This document shows, one piece after another, positions 59,751 to 64,000 of a stretch of DNA of 64,000 nucleotides. Source of the DNA: an uncultured cyanobacterium (GTDB taxonomy: Bacteria > Cyanobacteriota > Cyanobacteriia > Pseudanabaenales > Pseudanabaenaceae); the NCBI GenBank assembly GCA_963703315.1, contig OY969811.1, forward strand, positions 544,001-608,000. Reading direction: 5' to 3'. Every line of letters starts with the position of its first letter. The stretch's first letter is position 1. The notes beneath the pieces are model-generated. The model saw only the letters and a list, made by a program, of their open reading frames with translations, was not told where the DNA came from and did no database searches. The position numbers were made by a program, and so were the translations under genes.

Positions 59751-59886
59751 AGCCGCAAATTTGAGATCCTGATCACCAGATTACAGAAATATAGTTTATT
59801 CCTGTGTGAGCTTAAACACGATCGCTTCCAAACAAAAGATGGCGGCGTTTAGTACCGCCATCTTTTGCTAGCGAGTATCGCGATCG

Positions 59887-60357
59887 CTATAGCAAAGCAT
59901 CAATATCTTTGCGTAGACCCGCATCTTCAGGGCTGACGCTAGATGCATAATATTTCACGACTTTACCTTCCTTATCGACAAGAAACTTATTAAAGTTCCA
60001 TTGCACTTGATTGCCTGTGGTGTCAGTGAGATATTTGTAAATATCAACCATTTCACTACCTTTGACCTTGACCTTGCTGAATAGATCAAAGGTAACGTCA
60101 TAGGTGAGTGAGCAGAAGCTTTTGATTTCTGCTTCAGTACCAGGTTCTTGTGCGCCAAAATCATTGCTAGGAAAACCGAGAATCTCAAAGCCCTTGTCTT
60201 TGTACTCACGATAGAGAGCTTCTAGACCCGCATATTGCTTGGTATAGCCACATTTAGAAGCAAGGTTGACAACTAGGGCAACTTTGCCTTTGTACTGAGC
60301 GAGATCAACTGGCTGACCATCGATATTAGTGATCTTGAAATCGTAAAGTGTGGACAT
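59887..60357 (-). CDS. Glutathione peroxidase family protein (Cys-type)
   Basis: VNLASKCGYTKQY, GFPSNDFG.QEPG and WNFNKFLV. Confidence 0.93.
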   Translation of the reverse strand: MSTLYDFKITNIDGQPVDLAQYKGKVALVVNLASKCGYTKQYAGLEALYREYKDKGFEILGFPSNDFGAQEPGTEAEIKSFCSLTYDVTFDLFSKVKVKGSEMVDIYKYLTDTTGNQVQWNFNKFLVDKEGKVVKYYASSVSPEDAGLRKDIDALL

Positions 60358-60514
60358 ATTTTAGGTTTACTCTAGTTTTTTTGAGGTTTGGTCTAGGTTG
60401 TTTTGATGGGGTTGCTATAGTTAATTAAAGAACCCGATTTTTTGTGGCGTGGCTTTGCCGTGCCACAAGACTAAGACTGATTTAGCAATTATCTGAGGTT
60501 GTGCAGCAACTTAA

Positions 60515-61036
60515 ATGGCAAGTGTAATTATCCTGATTGGTGTACCTGCAAGTGGCAAATCAACCCTTGCGGAGCAGATGTTACGAGCTTCTACACAAAA
60601 TGTTGGCTCACAGCATGGGTTAACCTATGGGCAAACCCAGTTAATCAGTCCCGATCGCATTCGTGAATCGCTATACGGATCAGCCGCCACGCAAGGAGAT
60701 TGGGCAGAAATCTGGGTGCAATTACAACAGGAATTTGCAAATGCATCTAAATCGCAACAATCTGTAATATATGATGCCACAAACTATAAGCGCGAACATC
60801 GTAAAAATATTATTACCCTTGCAAGAGAGTATGGTTTTAGACCAATTACAGGGATTTGGCTAAATGTCCCCCTCTGGATCTGTTTATCGAGGAACGATCA
60901 TCGCGATCGCATTGTTCCTGAAGATACTGTTGTCGATATGTATCGTCAGCTTTCTTATACGCCACCAAGCCTAAGTGAAGGGTTTGATCGCATCCTGTTT
61001 CGCGATGAAAAGGCAGAAAATGAATGGATTGATTAA
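60515..61036 (+). CDS. AAA_33 family P-loop kinase
   Basis: GVPASGKST, ISPDRIR, YDATN and R..R.VP...PP.LSEGFD. Confidence 0.85.
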   Translation: MASVIILIGVPASGKSTLAEQMLRASTQNVGSQHGLTYGQTQLISPDRIRESLYGSAATQGDWAEIWVQLQQEFANASKSQQSVIYDATNYKREHRKNIITLAREYGFRPITGIWLNVPLWICLSRNDHRDRIVPEDTVVDMYRQLSYTPPSLSEGFDRILFRDEKAENEWID

Positions 61037-61042
61037 AAATTT

Positions 61043-61933
61043 GTGGCGTGCGCTACAGGTTCTTATATGCTGAAAATTTTAGAAAAGTTCTTATTACGAT
61101 TTCCTATGTTAAATGCCACCTTAGCCGACAAACTTCATCGCCTCCGTCAAATTTTTAGTGAATCAACCAAAATCCTCATAGCCTACTCAGGTGGTATAGA
61201 TAGCACCCTCGTTGCTAAGGTTGCCTTTGATGTTTTAGGCGATCGCGCCTTAGCCATTACCGCTAACTCACCGTCATTACTCCCTGCTGATCTGGCGGCG
61301 GCTCAAGTTCAAGCCGAATTTATTGGGATCAAACATCAAATCGTCCAAACCGATGAGATGAATAACCCCAATTACACCTCAAATCCGATTAATCGCTGCT
61401 ATTTCTGCAAAAGTGAACTGCACGATACCTTGAAGCCTTTAGCAAAAAGTATGGGCTATGAATACGTTGTCGATGGTTTAAATGCCGACGATTTGCAAGA
61501 CTATCGCCCCGGCATTCAAGCAGCTAAAGAACGAGGGGTGCGATCGCCCCTCGCGGAAGTGAGTATTAGCAAAATCGAAGTACGGATGTTATCGCAATAC
61601 TTAGGAATGCCTTGGTGGGACAAACCCTCACAACCCTGCCTAAGTTCTCGATTTCCTTATGGTGAAGAGATTACAGTGGAGAAATTGCGGCGAGTGGGCA
61701 ATGCCGAACAATATCTTCGCGATCGCGGTTGGAAAGGTGACATTAGAGTGCGCTCAATTGGGGATACTGCCAAAATCGAAGTGCCAAGCGATCGCCTCAA
61801 TGAGTTTATGGCTATGATCGCGACTTCCGAAATTACCAATGCTTTTCGTGAGTATGGTTTCACCTCAATTACTCTAGACCTAGAGGGCTTTCGGAGTGGC
61901 AAGTTAAATGATGCGATCTCCCGATCAGCATAA
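61043..61933 (+). CDS. larE: ATP-dependent sacrificial sulfur transferase LarE (PP-loop)
   Basis: AYSGGIDS, NRCYFCK, DYRPG and PCLSSRFPYG; true start probably downstream (MLNAT). Confidence 0.88.
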   Translation: MACATGSYMLKILEKFLLRFPMLNATLADKLHRLRQIFSESTKILIAYSGGIDSTLVAKVAFDVLGDRALAITANSPSLLPADLAAAQVQAEFIGIKHQIVQTDEMNNPNYTSNPINRCYFCKSELHDTLKPLAKSMGYEYVVDGLNADDLQDYRPGIQAAKERGVRSPLAEVSISKIEVRMLSQYLGMPWWDKPSQPCLSSRFPYGEEITVEKLRRVGNAEQYLRDRGWKGDIRVRSIGDTAKIEVPSDRLNEFMAMIATSEITNAFREYGFTSITLDLEGFRSGKLNDAISRSA

Positions 61934-62630
61934 TCTGAATTTTTTAAGATTTTTGAAAAAGTTTCTGTTTATTGATTAGAAATTCTTATAGCTTGTCTTT
62001 AAATGTTTTGCTTAACTTCTGAGTGATTCCTATCTAGTTACGATTTTTTTCAAGGCAAAAATCTAAATTGAGTTCAAATTGGATAAATTTACTAAAATGT
62101 TTTTAAATAATGGGAATAAATTTGATTTTAGTATCTATCTAAGGATTGATTTATTGTTATTTATGGCATTTTGTTTCTGGGATCACTGCTTTATAAGGTT
62201 TACAAGTGAACAAAACTGAAGATCGATAACGATCTAAGCCGAAATTTTCTGGTTTGTTGATGTGTGATGCATATAAAAATTTTTTGAGTACAAAAATGCC
62301 TACTCCTAAAGGCATACTTTTGTAGATGTTTTTATGTGATTATTGGCACAAAGTTCCATTTTTATAAACAATTCTAATGAGAAAGAAGCAAAATTTAGAT
62401 TTTTAATGAGAAAGAAACCCTAAAAAGCTTGTCTGGAAATGGTTTGACTTCTAAATTATGGCTATTTCAAATAACCATGTTAATCTGAACGACATGAACA
62501 AAACATCAAACAGTTTGTTCCCAAATCACCAAAACTATTTGTCTGCGATTTAGCTTGTAAGTATGTAATGCAAGCCAAATCAAGCTCTCATGTTTAATCT
62601 AGTCGTTTATCTTCATTTTCTGCTTTACCT

Positions 62631-63767
62631 ATGCTTAATTGGAACTGGAGCTATACTCTCTCTACCTCAGTAGTAGCTCTTGCTATCATCTCAAGTCTCG
62701 CTAGCCATAGCGCACAGGCACAAACAGGATCTGCATCAGAAGTCCAAGCAACCAACGCTTCTACTTCTCTCTCTAATTCACCAAAATCTCCATCTACTTC
62801 TTTGAAAATTGGTGAAACGCGATCGCAATCGCTAGTTAAAACCAAAGACGATTCGATCGCTCGGATTCACACCCATAAGTTAAACGGCAAAAATGCAGCT
62901 ACAGTATACGTTCGAGGTATTCCTGTAGTTACTTACATTGAGTCCGAAGAAACCACAAAATCAACATTAGAAAATACTCAACTCGAAGCATCAAGCTCAT
63001 CAAAAGTCAAAAGTGAGCCTAAAGGTGCAATTAAAAAGAATTCTGAATCAGTTAAGTTACCTGCAAGCAATATTAATTTAGAAACTAGCAGTTCAAATAG
63101 TCCATCAAAGTCCGCCGAAGATAGCTCTGAAAGTCTGCTAACGTCCCCAAATCCTATTGAACGGGCAACTGCTGCCGCTGCCTTAATTAATCAACTCAAT
63201 CGTGATGGTCTAGACGCGAGTAAGATTATTCCTGCTTGGAAAAATGGTAATTATGTAATTAACCTTGGCGATCGCGCCACGCTGAAGTTTGATCAGCAAT
63301 CGGTTTTCCCAGAGTCCCAGCAAAACTCAACTCAAGACGTTTTAGAATCAGCCAATCTTTTACGTCGTCTGTTAGGTGGTGCTAACCCAGTATCTGAAGT
63401 TATTAATGCACCGAAACCTAAAGCTTCTTCAGCTAATACTGCTTTTAGTCCTACTTTAAACAACAGCATCGTCGGTGTAATGTCAGGCATGGCATCATGG
63501 TATGGACCTGGTTTTGATGGCAACTATAGCGCTAGTGGGGAAATTTTTAGAGCTAGTGAGTTAACTGCGGCTCATCCCAGCTTGCCCTTTGGTACTTTGG
63601 TGCGCGTTGTCAATATGGATAACGGTCAGTCAGTGGTGGTACGCATTAACGATCGTGGTCCCTATGCTCATGGTCGAGTCATTGATATCTCCACAGCAGC
63701 AGCTAATGTTATTGGTTTGGTTTCTTCGGGAGTAGCACCTGTCAGACTAGAAGTTTTGTCAAAGTGA
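62631..63767 (+). CDS. rlpA: Septal ring lytic transglycosylase RlpA family protein
   Basis: C-terminal DPBB domain: ASWYG, TAAHPSLPFGT, VRINDRGPY and IDIS. Confidence 0.92.
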   Translation: MLNWNWSYTLSTSVVALAIISSLASHSAQAQTGSASEVQATNASTSLSNSPKSPSTSLKIGETRSQSLVKTKDDSIARIHTHKLNGKNAATVYVRGIPVVTYIESEETTKSTLENTQLEASSSSKVKSEPKGAIKKNSESVKLPASNINLETSSSNSPSKSAEDSSESLLTSPNPIERATAAAALINQLNRDGLDASKIIPAWKNGNYVINLGDRATLKFDQQSVFPESQQNSTQDVLESANLLRRLLGGANPVSEVINAPKPKASSANTAFSPTLNNSIVGVMSGMASWYGPGFDGNYSASGEIFRASELTAAHPSLPFGTLVRVVNMDNGQSVVVRINDRGPYAHGRVIDISTAAANVIGLVSSGVAPVRLEVLSK

Positions 63768-63895
63768 TTAATAAGTTTGTGGGGATTTGCGCCACAAACT
63801 TATTAATCCCAAAATGCTGTAATTTAAAGAAAAATTAGTCGTCTCTGTCAGGAGGCGGCTATGCTTTTTGATGACAGTTTTATCGAGGTGATGAC

Positions 63896-64000
63896 TTGAC
63901 ACAGCTATTTACCACGATCGCTTCTTTGCGTAAATATTTGACTGCTCAGAAATCAAAAGGGGCATTAGGACAAGTATCAGTGGGGCTTGTTCCGACGATG
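63896..64000 (+). CDS. panC: N-terminus of pantoate-beta-alanine ligase (probably bifunctional PanC/Cmk), truncated by the window edge
   Basis: GAGGTG RBS, then TTG-start (M)TQLFTTIASLRKYL...VGLVPTM, matching the PanC VGxVPTMG motif. Confidence 0.75.
   Translation, partial: MTQLFTTIASLRKYLTAQKSKGALGQVSVGLVPTM

Noticed and set aside
59350..59772. 140-aa antisense ORF inside ppk1, and other shadow ORFs in the track
   Set aside because: They overlap well-supported genes on the opposite strand or in another frame and show no recognisable motifs.
59887..60357. Selenocysteine recoding in the glutathione peroxidase
   Set aside because: The active-site codon is TGT (Cys) and the frame has no internal TGA.
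1..64000. HIP1 (GCGATCGC) abundance as a novel repeat
   Set aside because: It is a well-known cyanobacterial feature; used here only as a marker of native versus foreign DNA.

Overview
64-kb chromosomal window from a cyanobacterium. The evidence is dense HIP1 octamers (GCGATCGC), chlG, a BciB-type divinyl reductase, sufR/sufBCD and a group-2 sigma factor; Pseudanabaena-like affinity is an inference only. Most genes are housekeeping: fabI, cysK with Rrf2 and CysR-like regulators, rimO, bioY/bioB, gcvT, ktrAB, chlG, slt, suf, nfuA, ppk1, gpx, larE, rlpA and a partial panC-cmk. Unexplained parts: (1) a locus at 6.8-12.5 kb where an HTH-NB-ARC (STAND) protein has an unrecognised tail in place of the usual WD40 sensor and lies divergent to two paralogous small proteins, an unannotated 56-aa secreted two-Cys peptide and a Tat-exported glucosaminidase; (2) an AT-rich, HIP1-free GHKL-ATPase/PD-(D/E)xK nuclease gene in a toxin-antitoxin islet; (3) an AAA_21 ATPase plus TOPRIM-like gene pair directly after sufD, and a two-gene insertion splitting sufB from sufC; (4) several families of modular palindromic/MITE-like repeats whose arms are perfect inverted copies of local sequence, sometimes including gene 3' ends; (5) an internally deleted isocitrate/isopropylmalate dehydrogenase remnant. 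No rRNA, tRNA, CRISPR array or transposase was recognised. All calls come from reading motifs by eye; no searches were run.
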